The notes: a model not told the origin generated them from the sequence alone. Shown: positions 42,157 to 52,552, counted from the first letter of the stretch. The stretch: DNA of 64,000 nt from Desulfatiglandales bacterium (GCA_963662465.1 OY759599.1:4864001-4928000), one strand, 5' to 3'. Made by a program: numbers and translations.

Positions 42157-43401
42157 TTATAGCAAACTATTGCAAAGAAACCCCATGCCGCCACCTTGAA
42201 TACCGCAATCCGGCAATTGCCAGTTCAATCTATCACTGGTATTATTGACTGTAACAGCAAACACTATTCTGCCATTTTGATCTGTAACCGACGTACCTCC
42301 TTGGTTTGTTCCGTACTGCCAAGATATCCGCACTCCTTGTCTTGGCGGTTCAGTAATGATAGAAAGCCCACTTATGTCAGTACCACAAACTACGCTAAAA
42401 TCGGGATAATTCTCAAGACGCGCACTATCCGGGCAAACATTTGGAATCGTTGTGGTTGTAGAAGTTGTTGTGGTTGTAGGTCTCGTCGTGGTGGAGGTTG
42501 TAGAAGTTGTTGTGGTTGTAGGTCTCGTCGTGGTGGAGGTGGATACCGTTGTGGTCGTTGTGCTTGTAGAGGTGGATGTTGAGGTTGTCGAGGTCGTGGT
42601 GGAGGTTGTCGTGGTCGTAGTTGTGGGCTGTGGTTGCAGACTGCTCGCGTCATCCCCTCCTCCACCGCCTCCCAGAGCTGCAGCGCCGCCCCCAATCACC
42701 GCTGAGATCCCCACCCCAATGCCCACTTTGGCGCCGGTTGAAAGCCCGCTACTAGCAGTGACGGTTCCCCCGCTGGTTGCAGCCGCCGCATCGCCTGAAA
42801 TTGGGTCCGCCGAAGCCCTCTGAGTGACTGCGTAAATACCGCCCACCACAATCCCAAAACGAGCAGAAGACTCAACCAGGTCCATTGCAATGGAGTCACT
42901 GAAGCCTACTGGCGGCTGACTAGCCTCGGGAAGTTCGGTGTAGAGCAGAATATTCCCTTCAGTATCGCTCAATTGCCAGGCCGGGACATCCTTTTCATCT
43001 TTTTCTTTCACTATGAAGGTTTGGGTTTTGAATACCTGATTTTTTCCGTTGACCACCAGAAAAAGATAATCGATCATGCTGGTGTCTTTGCTCGAAGCGG
43101 GGAGAATAGCCCGATACGTTCCTTCTTTTACAGCCGTCATCGGTACAAAAACATAGTCCTTTTGGCCGCCTGCTCGAAAATAGCACCGAACCAGATTGAT
43201 GCCAGATTTATCGTTGGCCTCAATTTCCAATACAATCCTCTTTCCGGGAACAAAATACTCAATTGGATCGTAACCGAATTCAATTGAAGGGTTTGGATCT
43301 GTCGCGCCAAATAATAACGTTCCATTAGGAGGCAAAACAAATAAAATACTCGCGACAATGCACAATAATTTTCCAAAAAAATGCATTTTCATCTTTTTCA
43401 T
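42157..43401 (-). CDS. secreted modular protein: conserved N-module, Gly/Ala segment, poly-Gly, Thr-rich stalk, small Cys-containing C-terminal domain
   Basis: GAGGAG RBS, signal peptide; paralogue of 39234-40400 up to GGGGGGDD. Confidence 0.8.
   Translation of the reverse strand: MKKMKMHFFGKLLCIVASILFVLPPNGTLLFGATDPNPSIEFGYDPIEYFVPGKRIVLEIEANDKSGINLVRCYFRAGGQKDYVFVPMTAVKEGTYRAILPASSKDTSMIDYLFLVVNGKNQVFKTQTFIVKEKDEKDVPAWQLSDTEGNILLYTELPEASQPPVGFSDSIAMDLVESSARFGIVVGGIYAVTQRASADPISGDAAAATSGGTVTASSGLSTGAKVGIGVGISAVIGGGAAALGGGGGGDDASSLQPQPTTTTTTTSTTTSTTSTSTSTSTTTTTVSTSTTTRPTTTTTSTTSTTTRPTTTTTSTTTTIPNVCPDSARLENYPDFSVVCGTDISGLSIITEPPRQGVRISWQYGTNQGGTSVTDQNGRIVFAVTVNNTSDRLNWQLPDCGIQGGGMGFLCNSLL
42454..42540. 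repeat. 42-bp tandem duplication encoding STTTRPTTTTTSTT within the Thr-rich stalk
   Basis: GGTTGTAGAAGTTGTTGTGGTTGTAGGTCTCGTCGTGGTGGA occurs at 42454 and 42496. Confidence 0.85.
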
Positions 43402-43505
43402 TTCGCTCCTCTCGCTCCTCCATAAAAATGGTCAACAAATTTTATGACTTGATAACAATCTGTTTCCTGAAATGCACTGACCCGGCAAAACAGAATAATC
43501 TGACT

Positions 43506-44201
43506 TCATTTCACATTGATGCGGACTTCCATGGCCTGTTGCAAAAGGTCTCCAGTTTCCAGTTTAACCGGACCTATGGGGAGGGTTTTTAGCATTTCAT
43601 GAACCAGCCATGCGACCCTTTCCTTCCGAGAGGCGTTTTTGTGACCAAGGAAATTTATAAAAATGTTTATGGGATCCACCTGCCATTGTCGATGTGCCGC
43701 TCGCCATTGCTGGGTTTGCCAAAGAGTCGTTCCCGTTTTGCAGTCTCGCAGATTGAGGGAACAGGAAACAACAACCGCATCATATACACCCTGGTGGATG
43801 CTGGCGGATTGCTCAATGCGACCTGACAGGATCGCATCACAATTGAGTAGTTGGCCCAGCCTGGAAGTCGCAATACCGCTGATCTGCCCAGGGGTTTGAA
43901 TGCCGAGGGAGTTCATAACACGGTCAACTTTTTGTGCAGAAATCGTCATATAACCCTTGGCTTTGAGACTGCGGTACACCTCGGTGTAAAGGAATCTTTC
44001 CACATCAGGTTCGAGAGAAAAATTGTCCATGGGCAAAACGGCAATTACGCCAGAGCAGTAATCACCGAATTCAGGATGAGTTGACCAAGATTCCTTTTCC
44101 GACAAATCAGAAGAAAAGACCTTAGTATTAACAATCATTAGCAAGGTTGTCGCAGCAATGAAGAGGGTTATCCAGTTAATATCTTGGAAGGATTTAGGCA
44201 T
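43506..44201 (-). CDS. DUF799/GNA1162-like envelope protein (CsgG/TolB-N-like fold)
   Basis: IAVLPMDN, L..KGY, LGQLLNCDAILSGRI, V.CSLNLRD.KTG..LW; start uncertain (ORF is open to 44291). Confidence 0.7.
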   Translation of the reverse strand: MPKSFQDINWITLFIAATTLLMIVNTKVFSSDLSEKESWSTHPEFGDYCSGVIAVLPMDNFSLEPDVERFLYTEVYRSLKAKGYMTISAQKVDRVMNSLGIQTPGQISGIATSRLGQLLNCDAILSGRIEQSASIHQGVYDAVVVSCSLNLRDCKTGTTLWQTQQWRAAHRQWQVDPINIFINFLGHKNASRKERVAWLVHEMLKTLPIGPVKLETGDLLQQAMEVRINVK

Positions 44202-44422
44202 GCCTAGAAGGCCTGTACAAGGCAAGAGAGTATTTTTCAAGTTCCTCACGGACGCTTTCAAACGGCCTCCAGTTTTACAAGTCCTTTTCAAACTGCTTGC
44301 TCAATCATGTTGACTTTCTGCGGCCACAGTCAGAGAAAGCAATGCAGTATTAGAGCATCTGGAGTCTAAACAACTTTCAAGAATTCAATGGGCGACATCA
44401 TATCATCAGTGAAAATTCTATG

Positions 44423-44701
44423 TCAATAAGTTTTTTTAATGGTTTTCAGCTGAAAACCATTAAAATATTGGGTAAACTGAGTATTCGTTTTTGATAACAT
44501 GATGCTGTTCCCGCAGGTATGGTCCGCATGGGCGTGGGTGTTGAGCACATACTTCAAGGTTAACCCCAAGGCATCTATCCTGCTGAGAATCTTCCCCTCG
44601 GCGCCCGCCGGATCGATAACCAGGGCCTCTTTTTCGGTTTCGCAGTCCACAATATAGGCAAACACCGCCATGGGCCCAACCTTCATCTGTTCTATCAACA
44701 T
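44423..44701 (-). pseudogene. 3'-truncated MBL-fold (glyoxalase II-like) hydrolase
   Basis: VGPM..AYIV..ALVIDP..NTHAHADH, then similarity is lost near 44490; later His/Asp metal ligands absent. Confidence 0.7.
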
Positions 44702-44718
44702 GACCGCCCTTTCGCCCC

Positions 44719-45258
44719 CTAATCGGATTTGACGAACGGTTCAAGTTCCTGCATGAGCCTGGGGATCAGTTTTCGAACCACCCCTTCTTTTTCAAAGGCG
44801 CCGGCGGAGAAAAAATTTTTTGAACCGGCATAATCCGGATTCATCATGGGAATTTGCGCCTGAAGATTGGGGGCCAGGGCTTGGAATTGGGTAATGAGTT
44901 CCACGATCGGGATCTTCTCTCCGGGGTAACCCGCAAGCCATTTTAAACGTTTCATGCATTCAAAACGAATTCGGTCCAGCAAGAAAAGGTACTGGTCGAT
45001 GACCGCCATTTTATTTTTCGGCGATAGTTCGTTAAACTCGAACCCCGACCCCAGGTGATTGAGCCCCATGATCAGGTCATAGAGATAAAAAGTGCCGTCG
45101 TCCTTGCCCTGGGCCAGTAACGAAAGGGTTTCCAGGGAAATATGATGCAAACAGGTCTCCGATTCGAACACCTCCTTAAACCGGCTGTTCCAGTTTCGAA
45201 AAGCCTTTTTAACCCGTACATGGTGTTTGCCCGTTTCCAAATCAATGATGTGGGTCAT
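44719..45258 (-). CDS. conserved hypothetical protein
   Basis: 179-aa ORF co-oriented within the operon with AGGCAGG upstream; no motif recognised. Confidence 0.65.
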   Translation of the reverse strand: MTHIIDLETGKHHVRVKKAFRNWNSRFKEVFESETCLHHISLETLSLLAQGKDDGTFYLYDLIMGLNHLGSGFEFNELSPKNKMAVIDQYLFLLDRIRFECMKRLKWLAGYPGEKIPIVELITQFQALAPNLQAQIPMMNPDYAGSKNFFSAGAFEKEGVVRKLIPRLMQELEPFVKSD

Positions 45259-45306
45259 GGGTTACCTGCCTTTAAAGCTGTTTTTTGTTCAACTGTTTTT
45301 CAAAGA

Positions 45307-47214
45307 TTAATGCCGTAATGGTTCGTCCCCATTTGCTTCCAGCGGAATGGTGAGTTCGTAAATACCGCTGTCCATGACGGCTTGAATAGGGAGTTCCGAA
45401 GCGGATTCAAATACCTTAAGCATCGGCTTGTTGGTGGCCAGTACGTCCGCCTTGAAGCTGCGGATGCCATTTTCCTTGGCAATTTTCTTGAGGGTTCGAA
45501 AGAGAAAAGAAGCGATTCCCTTTCCCTGATAATCTTCGTCCACCACAAAGGCCACATCCGCCACCGGTTTATCAGGAAAACGAACATACCGCGCTTCAGC
45601 AACGATGCGCCCTGCCCCCGCTTCCCCCATGAGCCCCACGATGGACATGGTCTTCGTGTAGTCTATATTGGCGTAATCCTGCATTTTAGCGTGGGGCATG
45701 GTCTTGATGGGAGAGAAATACCGATAATAAACCGATTTGTCCGAGAATCGATAGAAAAGACGTCTCATCTCATCCACATCCGACGGTTTGATGGCACGAA
45801 ACCGAATGGTAATGTCTCCTTTAAAGACTTTTTCACAGGTCAGATCCGTGGGGTAGAGAGCACCCGATTCCGAGAGGTAGATCTGGTCGGCGTACAAAAT
45901 GTTCTTTTCCTTGGCAAGACGAACCAGCTCCGCACGATCGTCCGGGTGGGCAATATCAATCAGTGCCAAGGCCCTTTCCCGAATGGTTCGGCCTTTCATA
46001 GCGGCCACGCCGTACTCGGTTACCACCAGATCTAAAAATTCTCGAATGGAAAACTGGTCCGGATAATCCTCCACTGAAATCAAAATGTTGGACTGGTTTT
46101 TCAAATTGCGGCTGGGCAGGGCGATAATGGTCCGGCCTTTTTTAGAAAAACGTGCGCCTTTAAAAAATTCCTGTGCTTCACTGGGGCCATCCCCCACATT
46201 GCCCTTGCCGTAGTGCAGGGCAACGCCGCCGGTGAGATCCACCTTGCGTACGGGGAGTACCACCATGGTGCGGTCGTTGCGCCCGATCCGTTTGGGGTCT
46301 GCCACCACGTCGATGCTTTGAAATTCAATCAGCGGGTTTCGATGAAGCCAGTAAAGCAATTCCGGGGTACCGATGGCATAGGCGGTTAAGGATTTTCCTA
46401 AGAAATGCCCTTTTTTTCGGTTGGACACGGCGCCGCTTTTCACCAGGTCCATGACGGCGTCGGTGAAAAACGGGGAATGGATGCCCAAGTCCCGCTTGTT
46501 TCGCAGATGCCGTGCCAGAGCGTCAAACAGGTGGCCCGCTGAAAAGGCGAGACAACTGCCATCTTCGATGAGGGAGGCCACATTGGCCCCCAGCCTGTCA
46601 AAGATGGGATCGAAGGGGGCGCGATCAAAGTAGATGGGGTGTTCTTCTGACTCCACCAAAAAATCGAAATCATCCACATGTACAAAGGTATCTCCCATGG
46701 TCCTGGGCGCGTCATGGTTGATTTCGCCCACCACCAGGGACGCTTGATCCATGGCATGGCGAGCCACATCGATGGCGGGCCCGAGACTGCAGAAGCCCGA
46801 TCGGTCCGGCGGAGTGATCTGAATAAACGCGGCATCGATCTCGATGATGCCGGATTGAATCAGTCTGGGAATTTCGGAAAAAGGGCTCGGGACCATATCA
46901 ACACGGCCGGAGGTAATTTCTTCACTGGCCACCCATCCGGCAAAAAAGGTTTTCAGTCGATATTTATGGTCCTGATTCTGGGTAATGGAAATAGCAGGTC
47001 CAAAGCTCATCAACTGAACGAACGTCAAATCCCTGAGGTTTCCCGCATCGGAATTCAGCAGGCTTTTGACCAGGGTACAGGGTTCCGCAACACCGGTTCC
47101 CAGAAAAATGCTCATTCCGGGTTTGATCTTGGAAAGGACTTTTCGGGGATTGACCAATTTGGTTTTCCATTCTTTAGGTTCGTTAATCGACATGAATGAC
47201 GTCTCTCTTTTCAT
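45307..47214 (-). CDS. acetyl-CoA hydrolase/transferase - GNAT acetyltransferase fusion
   Basis: TPPDRSGFCSLG, DLGIHS, VVTEYGVA...RERALALIDIAHPD; C-terminal YYRYF, VAFVVDEDYQGKGIA. Confidence 0.88.
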   Translation of the reverse strand: MKRETSFMSINEPKEWKTKLVNPRKVLSKIKPGMSIFLGTGVAEPCTLVKSLLNSDAGNLRDLTFVQLMSFGPAISITQNQDHKYRLKTFFAGWVASEEITSGRVDMVPSPFSEIPRLIQSGIIEIDAAFIQITPPDRSGFCSLGPAIDVARHAMDQASLVVGEINHDAPRTMGDTFVHVDDFDFLVESEEHPIYFDRAPFDPIFDRLGANVASLIEDGSCLAFSAGHLFDALARHLRNKRDLGIHSPFFTDAVMDLVKSGAVSNRKKGHFLGKSLTAYAIGTPELLYWLHRNPLIEFQSIDVVADPKRIGRNDRTMVVLPVRKVDLTGGVALHYGKGNVGDGPSEAQEFFKGARFSKKGRTIIALPSRNLKNQSNILISVEDYPDQFSIREFLDLVVTEYGVAAMKGRTIRERALALIDIAHPDDRAELVRLAKEKNILYADQIYLSESGALYPTDLTCEKVFKGDITIRFRAIKPSDVDEMRRLFYRFSDKSVYYRYFSPIKTMPHAKMQDYANIDYTKTMSIVGLMGEAGAGRIVAEARYVRFPDKPVADVAFVVDEDYQGKGIASFLFRTLKKIAKENGIRSFKADVLATNKPMLKVFESASELPIQAVMDSGIYELTIPLEANGDEPLRH

Positions 47215-48089
47215 TCCTTCAGTTGGGCTATAACAACCCTTTGACGATGACTGTAATCTTCGATCTTTGCTTCGTTTTGATAAACACCTGTTTGCCCTAT
47301 GGCAAAAAGTGCTTTTTCCACTTGATGGGGGGACATCTCCAACAAAAGCCAGCCGCCCGGGTGCAAAAATTCAGGCGCCCGGCAAATGATCTTTTTTAGA
47401 AAATGCATGCCGTCTTTTCCACCGTCCAACGCCAGTCTCGGTTCATGCAGGGCGACCTCGGGGGAAAGATCCTTGAATTCATGGGTGCAGACATAGGGCG
47501 GGTTGGAGGCAATCAGATGGAATAACGGCTTTTGGGAGCTGAAGGGTTCAAAAAGGTCCCCCCGAAAAAACTGTATCCTGTCTATTACACCCTGTTCCGC
47601 GGCATTTTCTCGCGCTATCCGTAGCGCCCCCTCACTGACGTCCGCGGCAAAAAAAAGGGCGTTGGGAAGCTCCTTTGCCATAGAGACAGGGATAACGCCG
47701 CTGCCGGTTCCCAGATCCAAAACGCGCAAGGGCATTTCTTTTAATTTCCCGGCAAGCGTTACGGCCTGATCCACAAGAATTTCAGTTTCGGGTCTGGGAA
47801 TCAGGACGTAAGGATTGACCCTGAACGTAAGAGACCAGAATTCCTGAACGCCGGTAATGTATTGCAGGGGTTCGCGTTTCAAACGACGTCTGATGAGGTC
47901 GCGGTAGCCGGAGACCTCTTTTTCGGTCAAGGGTTGATCAAAATTGAGATAGAGCGATATCCGTTTAACGCCAAGCTGAAAAGCCAGAAGCACCTCGGCG
48001 TTCAAGCGTGCACTCTCAATCCCCTTTTCCACCAGATAATTCGTTGACGTCTTCAGGAGTGCTTTTATGCACCAGACTTTGGGAATCAT
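47211..48089 (-). CDS. prmC: release factor glutamine methyltransferase
   Basis: EPLQYI, LIPRPETE, DLGTGSG, SNPPY. Confidence 0.95.
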   Translation of the reverse strand: MIPKVWCIKALLKTSTNYLVEKGIESARLNAEVLLAFQLGVKRISLYLNFDQPLTEKEVSGYRDLIRRRLKREPLQYITGVQEFWSLTFRVNPYVLIPRPETEILVDQAVTLAGKLKEMPLRVLDLGTGSGVIPVSMAKELPNALFFAADVSEGALRIARENAAEQGVIDRIQFFRGDLFEPFSSQKPLFHLIASNPPYVCTHEFKDLSPEVALHEPRLALDGGKDGMHFLKKIICRAPEFLHPGGWLLLEMSPHQVEKALFAIGQTGVYQNEAKIEDYSHRQRVVIAQLKE

Positions 48090-48108
48090 GACAACGCTTG
48101 CACCGGGG

Positions 48109-49185
48109 CTAATTGCCGCCGGATTTTTTAAGGGCTTCGGTCTGAAAATGGGTAATCAACGGGTCAAGAACGAGATTAAGATTCCCCTGAAGAAAATCCT
48201 CAAGTTTGTAAAGCGTAAGCCCGATTCGGTGATCAGTGACCCGCCCCTGAGGAAAATTATAGGTCCTGATCCGCTCACTCCGGTCCCCGGAACCCACCAT
48301 GGTTTTGCGTTCTTCGGAAATACGTGAGTGTTGCTGGGCGGTTTCAAGGTCCAACATGCGGCTTCGAAGAACCTTCATGGCTTTTGCCTTGTTCTTATGC
48401 TGTGATTTTTCATCCTGACAGGTGACGACCAGACCCGTAGGAAGATGGGTAATGCGAACGGCTGAGTCTGTTGTGTTCACATGCTGGCCCCCATGTCCCG
48501 ACGAGCGGTACACATCAATCCGAAGGTCGTCAGCCTTGATTTCCACATCGACCTCCTCTGCCTCTGGAAGTACGGCCACGGTTACCGCGGAGGTGTGAAT
48601 ACGCCCCTGAGCCTCGGTTTCGGGTACGCGCTGAACCCGGTGTACCCCGCTTTCATATTTCAGCCGGCTGAAAACCATGTGTCCCTCCACCAGGAGGATC
48701 ACTTCCTTGAGCCCACCGATACCCGTCATGTTTTGAGACAGAACTTCGGTTTTCCAGTGCTTTAATTCCGCATAGCGGCTGTACATCCTGAAGAGATCCG
48801 CCGCGAAAAGGGCCGCTTCGTCCCCCCCGGTTCCGGCCCTGATTTCAAGCAGGGTATTTTTTTCATCGTTTGGATCCTTGGGAAGGAGCAGCAACTTGAG
48901 TTCATCTTCCACACCCGCCAGCCGGGAATCCAGCGCATCAATTTCTTCTTTGGCCAGTTTCCGCATTTCAGGGTCCGCATCTTCCAGAAGGGATCGATTT
49001 CCGGAAATCTCTTCCTGAAGGGCCTGATGTTTCCGCAAAACCATGATGATCGGGGTCAGGACACTATGTTCCTTTGCATACCGCTGGTATCGTTTCTGAT
49101 CCTGAAGAACCTCCGCCTGCCCAAGAAGGGTTTCCAATTCATGGTATCGGTCTTCCGTTTCTTTTATTTTTTCAAACATTACCAT
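48109..49185 (-). CDS. prfA: peptide chain release factor 1
   Basis: RVQRVPETE (PxT), [18 protein letters not shown]. Confidence 0.97.
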   Translation of the reverse strand: MVMFEKIKETEDRYHELETLLGQAEVLQDQKRYQRYAKEHSVLTPIIMVLRKHQALQEEISGNRSLLEDADPEMRKLAKEEIDALDSRLAGVEDELKLLLLPKDPNDEKNTLLEIRAGTGGDEAALFAADLFRMYSRYAELKHWKTEVLSQNMTGIGGLKEVILLVEGHMVFSRLKYESGVHRVQRVPETEAQGRIHTSAVTVAVLPEAEEVDVEIKADDLRIDVYRSSGHGGQHVNTTDSAVRITHLPTGLVVTCQDEKSQHKNKAKAMKVLRSRMLDLETAQQHSRISEERKTMVGSGDRSERIRTYNFPQGRVTDHRIGLTLYKLEDFLQGNLNLVLDPLITHFQTEALKKSGGN

Positions 49186-49296
49186 GAACCTTTTTTTGCC
49201 TAAAGCGGCAAGCAGCAGTTTTAAGTTTTAAGTCTTCCTGACAATGGATTTCCTGCTTTTTGCAACAGAATTTCAGGAAATAAGAGACTAACACCG

Positions 49297-49512
49297 TCAA
49301 GACGCCTCTTTATTGAACTTGGCGTATTTTTGTTTAAACCGTTCTATTCGACCGGCCGAGTCAACCAGTTTCTGCTTTCCCGTAAAGAACGGATGACACT
49401 GGGAGCATATTTCAATGTTAATTTTTTCAACCGTAGACCCGGTTTCGAATTCATTTCCACATGCGCAATGCACGATGGTCTTATAATACTTTGGATGAAT
49501 ACCGCTTTTCAT
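49297..49512 (-). CDS. rpmE: 50S ribosomal protein L31 (Zn-binding type)
   Basis: [23 protein letters not shown]. Confidence 0.97.
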   Translation of the reverse strand: MKSGIHPKYYKTIVHCACGNEFETGSTVEKINIEICSQCHPFFTGKQKLVDSAGRIERFKQKYAKFNKEAS

Positions 49513-49553
49513 TTTACTCTCCTCTATTTTTTTAGCAATGCAATAACAAAGAT

Positions 49554-50801
49554 CTACTCACTCATGGAATCAAGGAAAGCCTTATTATCTCTTGTTCCTT
49601 TTATTTTATCAAGCAGGAATTCCATACTGTCAACCGGGGTCAACGGCGCCAGCAATTTGCGAAGAATCCATATGCGATGAAGGTCGGCCTGTTCCAGCAG
49701 GAGTTCTTCCTTTCGGGTCCCGGAACGATTGATGTCAATGGACGGGAACACACGCCGGTCGCTGAGTTTTCGATCCAGATGGATTTCCATGTTCCCCGTG
49801 CCCTTGAACTCTTCAAATATCACCTCATCCATTCGGCTTCCGGTATCAATCAATGCCGTGGCAATAATGGTCAGACTGCCCCCTTCCTCGATGTTTCTGG
49901 CCGCCCCGAAAAAACGTTTGGGTTTATGAAGGGCATTGGAGTCCAGGCCGCCGGATAGAATTTTTCCACTGGGCGGAATAACGGAGTTGTAAGCCCTTGC
50001 CAATCGGGTAATGCTGTCCAACAGGATTAAAACGTCCCGCTTGTGTTCGACCAGCCGCTTTGCCTTTTCAATGACCATCTCAGCAACCTGTACATGACGC
50101 TGGGGGGGTTCATCAAAGGTTGAACTGATCACCTCGGCGTTAACGGATCTGGCCATATCAGTCACTTCTTCGGGCCGTTCATCGATCAGCAATACGATTT
50201 TATGAATGGATTTATCGTTATGGGTAACGCTGTTGGCGATATTTTGAAGAAGCATGGTCTTCCCGGTCCTGGGCGGCGCCACAATCAAACCACGCTGGCC
50301 TTTTCCGATGGGCGTCATAAGGTCCATGACCCGTGTGGAGTAGTTGTCCGCCTCAACCTCCATCTTGATTCTTTCATCGGGATAGAGGGGGGTTAAATTG
50401 TCAAACAGGATTTTTTCTCTGGCGACTTCGGGATCTTCATGGTTGACCTTTTCCACCTTCAGGAGAGCAAAATAACGCTCGGATTCTTTTGGGGGTCGAA
50501 TCTGACCTGAAATGGTATCTCCCTTTCTCAGGTTGAATCGCCGAATCTGCGAGGGGGAAATATAGATATCATCGGGGCCGGGCAAATAATTGGCGTCGGG
50601 GGCTCTCAGGAAACCGAATCCGTCCGGAAGAATTTCCAATACCCCTTCGCCGTATATGAGGCCGTTTCGTGCTGAATGGGCCTGAAGCAAGGAGAAAGTG
50701 AGGTCCTGTTTGCGCATGCCGGAGGCGCCCTCAATTTTAAACTCCTTTGCCATTTCAGTCAATTGACTGATTCTCATCATTTTCAATTCTACAAGATTCA
50801 T
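49554..50801 (-). CDS. rho: transcription termination factor Rho
   Basis: [47 protein letters not shown]. Confidence 0.98.
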   Translation of the reverse strand: MNLVELKMMRISQLTEMAKEFKIEGASGMRKQDLTFSLLQAHSARNGLIYGEGVLEILPDGFGFLRAPDANYLPGPDDIYISPSQIRRFNLRKGDTISGQIRPPKESERYFALLKVEKVNHEDPEVAREKILFDNLTPLYPDERIKMEVEADNYSTRVMDLMTPIGKGQRGLIVAPPRTGKTMLLQNIANSVTHNDKSIHKIVLLIDERPEEVTDMARSVNAEVISSTFDEPPQRHVQVAEMVIEKAKRLVEHKRDVLILLDSITRLARAYNSVIPPSGKILSGGLDSNALHKPKRFFGAARNIEEGGSLTIIATALIDTGSRMDEVIFEEFKGTGNMEIHLDRKLSDRRVFPSIDINRSGTRKEELLLEQADLHRIWILRKLLAPLTPVDSMEFLLDKIKGTRDNKAFLDSMSE

Positions 50802-50993
50802 ACTTGATCTCCATTCGGTAGGGTTTATAATCTTTAATAAATTATTTCGGGGTGGTCGTGTAATTTATGTGAGTTATTGAAGGTTTCTCAGCAGAGCAGT
50901 AATGGAGTTCAGTCGAACGTCCGGTCTGTACCGAATCTCCCAAAGAAAGGAACTCATTTGTTTGTAGGCCTATATCGTTTTTTCTCCTCCATG

Positions 50994-51992
50994 TCAAGGA
51001 TTTGTTTGGAAAAATTTCGTATTTATATTCAGGGCGCCGAGGACCCGTTTCATGTCGTCAGGGAAAGGCGACTCAAATTCCATATATGTTTTTTTTTCAG
51101 GATGGATAAATCCAATGCGTGCGGCATGAAGCATTTGCCGCTTCACAGCGGATGCCAAATTCGGATTCAGCTTAAAAAAACGCCTTTTTAAGACATCCGG
51201 ACCACGACCGTAAACCGGATCCCCCACCACGGGGTGACCCAGATAGGAAAAATGAACCCGAATTTGATGGGTTCTCCCTGTTTTGATGGCAATGGACAAA
51301 AGAGAAAATCCTTCTTCACATTCAGCAATTTTTTTCCACAAGGTCAGGGCGTTCCGTCCACCGCTTGTGACAACCGCCATCTCTTTTCGCCGGATGGGGT
51401 GCCGAAAAATAGGCAGGTCAATGCTGCCGCTTTTTTTCGGCAAAATGCCATGAACCAGCGCAATATATTCCTTTTTGATGGTTCCATTTTTAAATTGTTG
51501 TGCCAGAAATTGATGGGCCATGTCGCTTTTTGCAACGACCATAAGTCCGGACGTATCTTTATCGAGCCTATGAACAATGCCGGGTCTGAGAATTCCGCCA
51601 ATGCCTGAAAGATCCCCGCAATGTTTCAGGAGGCCGTGAACCAGAGTGCCGGATGAATGCCCGGGAGCGGGATGAACCACAATGCCCGGCGGTTTATAAA
51701 GGACGATCAGGTAAGCATCCTCGAAAATAACGGAAAAAGAAACATCCTCGGGAACAAGCGCCAACGGGGATGGCTTCGGCACGACGAGCCAAACCAGATC
51801 TTTAGTTTTCAGCTGGTAACTCGGCTTTACATGGGCGCCATTAACGGAAACCAATCCTTTCCGAATCAGGGACTGTATTCTGGATCGGGATAAATCCCCA
51901 TGGATACCAGCGAGAAACAGATCCAATCGGATGCAATTGGCGCTATCTGGAATCGTATGGGAAAAAGCACTGTCATGGGTATCGTTGTTCAC
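50994..51992 (-). CDS. rluD: RluA/RluD family pseudouridine synthase with S4 domain
   Basis: RLD..SRSRIQ, KPPGIVVHP, GIVHRLDKDTSG, TGRTHQIRVH. Confidence 0.88.
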   Translation of the reverse strand: MNNDTHDSAFSHTIPDSANCIRLDLFLAGIHGDLSRSRIQSLIRKGLVSVNGAHVKPSYQLKTKDLVWLVVPKPSPLALVPEDVSFSVIFEDAYLIVLYKPPGIVVHPAPGHSSGTLVHGLLKHCGDLSGIGGILRPGIVHRLDKDTSGLMVVAKSDMAHQFLAQQFKNGTIKKEYIALVHGILPKKSGSIDLPIFRHPIRRKEMAVVTSGGRNALTLWKKIAECEEGFSLLSIAIKTGRTHQIRVHFSYLGHPVVGDPVYGRGPDVLKRRFFKLNPNLASAVKRQMLHAARIGFIHPEKKTYMEFESPFPDDMKRVLGALNINTKFFQTNP

Positions 51993-52072
51993 TATTAATC
52001 TGGCATGAATGATACGAGCGAAACTAAGAAAAAATAGTCGGTTTCAGGTTTAGCGGCGTCCGTTTTGCGACA

Positions 52073-52552
52073 TCAAGAAAAAATACTGTCCAGATCATTT
52101 TCCACCTGGGATTCCGTGATTTCTTTTGCCAGGGATATTTCTTTAACCAAGAGGGTCCGAGCCGTATCCAGCATTTTCCGCTCTCCGAAAGAGAGTTCTT
52201 TATCAAATCTTAAAATTAATAAGTCTCGATAGACTTCAGCCACCTCAAAAACCGATCCGGTCTTTATTTTTTCCATATAGTCCCGGTAACGGCGATTCCA
52301 GGTCTGGCTGTCAAGAATGACGTCTCGTTTTTTGAGGATAGAAAACAGTTTGGGAAGTTCAGTCTTGGCGATGATGTCTCTTAGGCCCACATGATCCACA
52401 TTGGTGGTCGGGATCATAATAAGCATGTTATTGTCCAGTATGCGCATGACATAAAAATCCTGTCTGCATCCCGATATTTCCTGGGATTCTATTTTTTCAA
52501 TGACGCCGACGCCATGGGCGGGGTAAACGGCCAAATCACCTACCTGGAACAT
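52073..52552 (-). CDS. CarD/CdnL family transcriptional regulator
   Basis: FQVGDLAVYPAHGVG, TWNRRYR, LSFGERKML. Confidence 0.93.
   Translation of the reverse strand: MFQVGDLAVYPAHGVGVIEKIESQEISGCRQDFYVMRILDNNMLIMIPTTNVDHVGLRDIIAKTELPKLFSILKKRDVILDSQTWNRRYRDYMEKIKTGSVFEVAEVYRDLLILRFDKELSFGERKMLDTARTLLVKEISLAKEITESQVENDLDSIFS

Noticed and set aside
42196..42823. Poly-Val and Cys/Gly/Arg-rich plus-strand ORFs
   Set aside because: Antisense translations of the Thr-rich stalk
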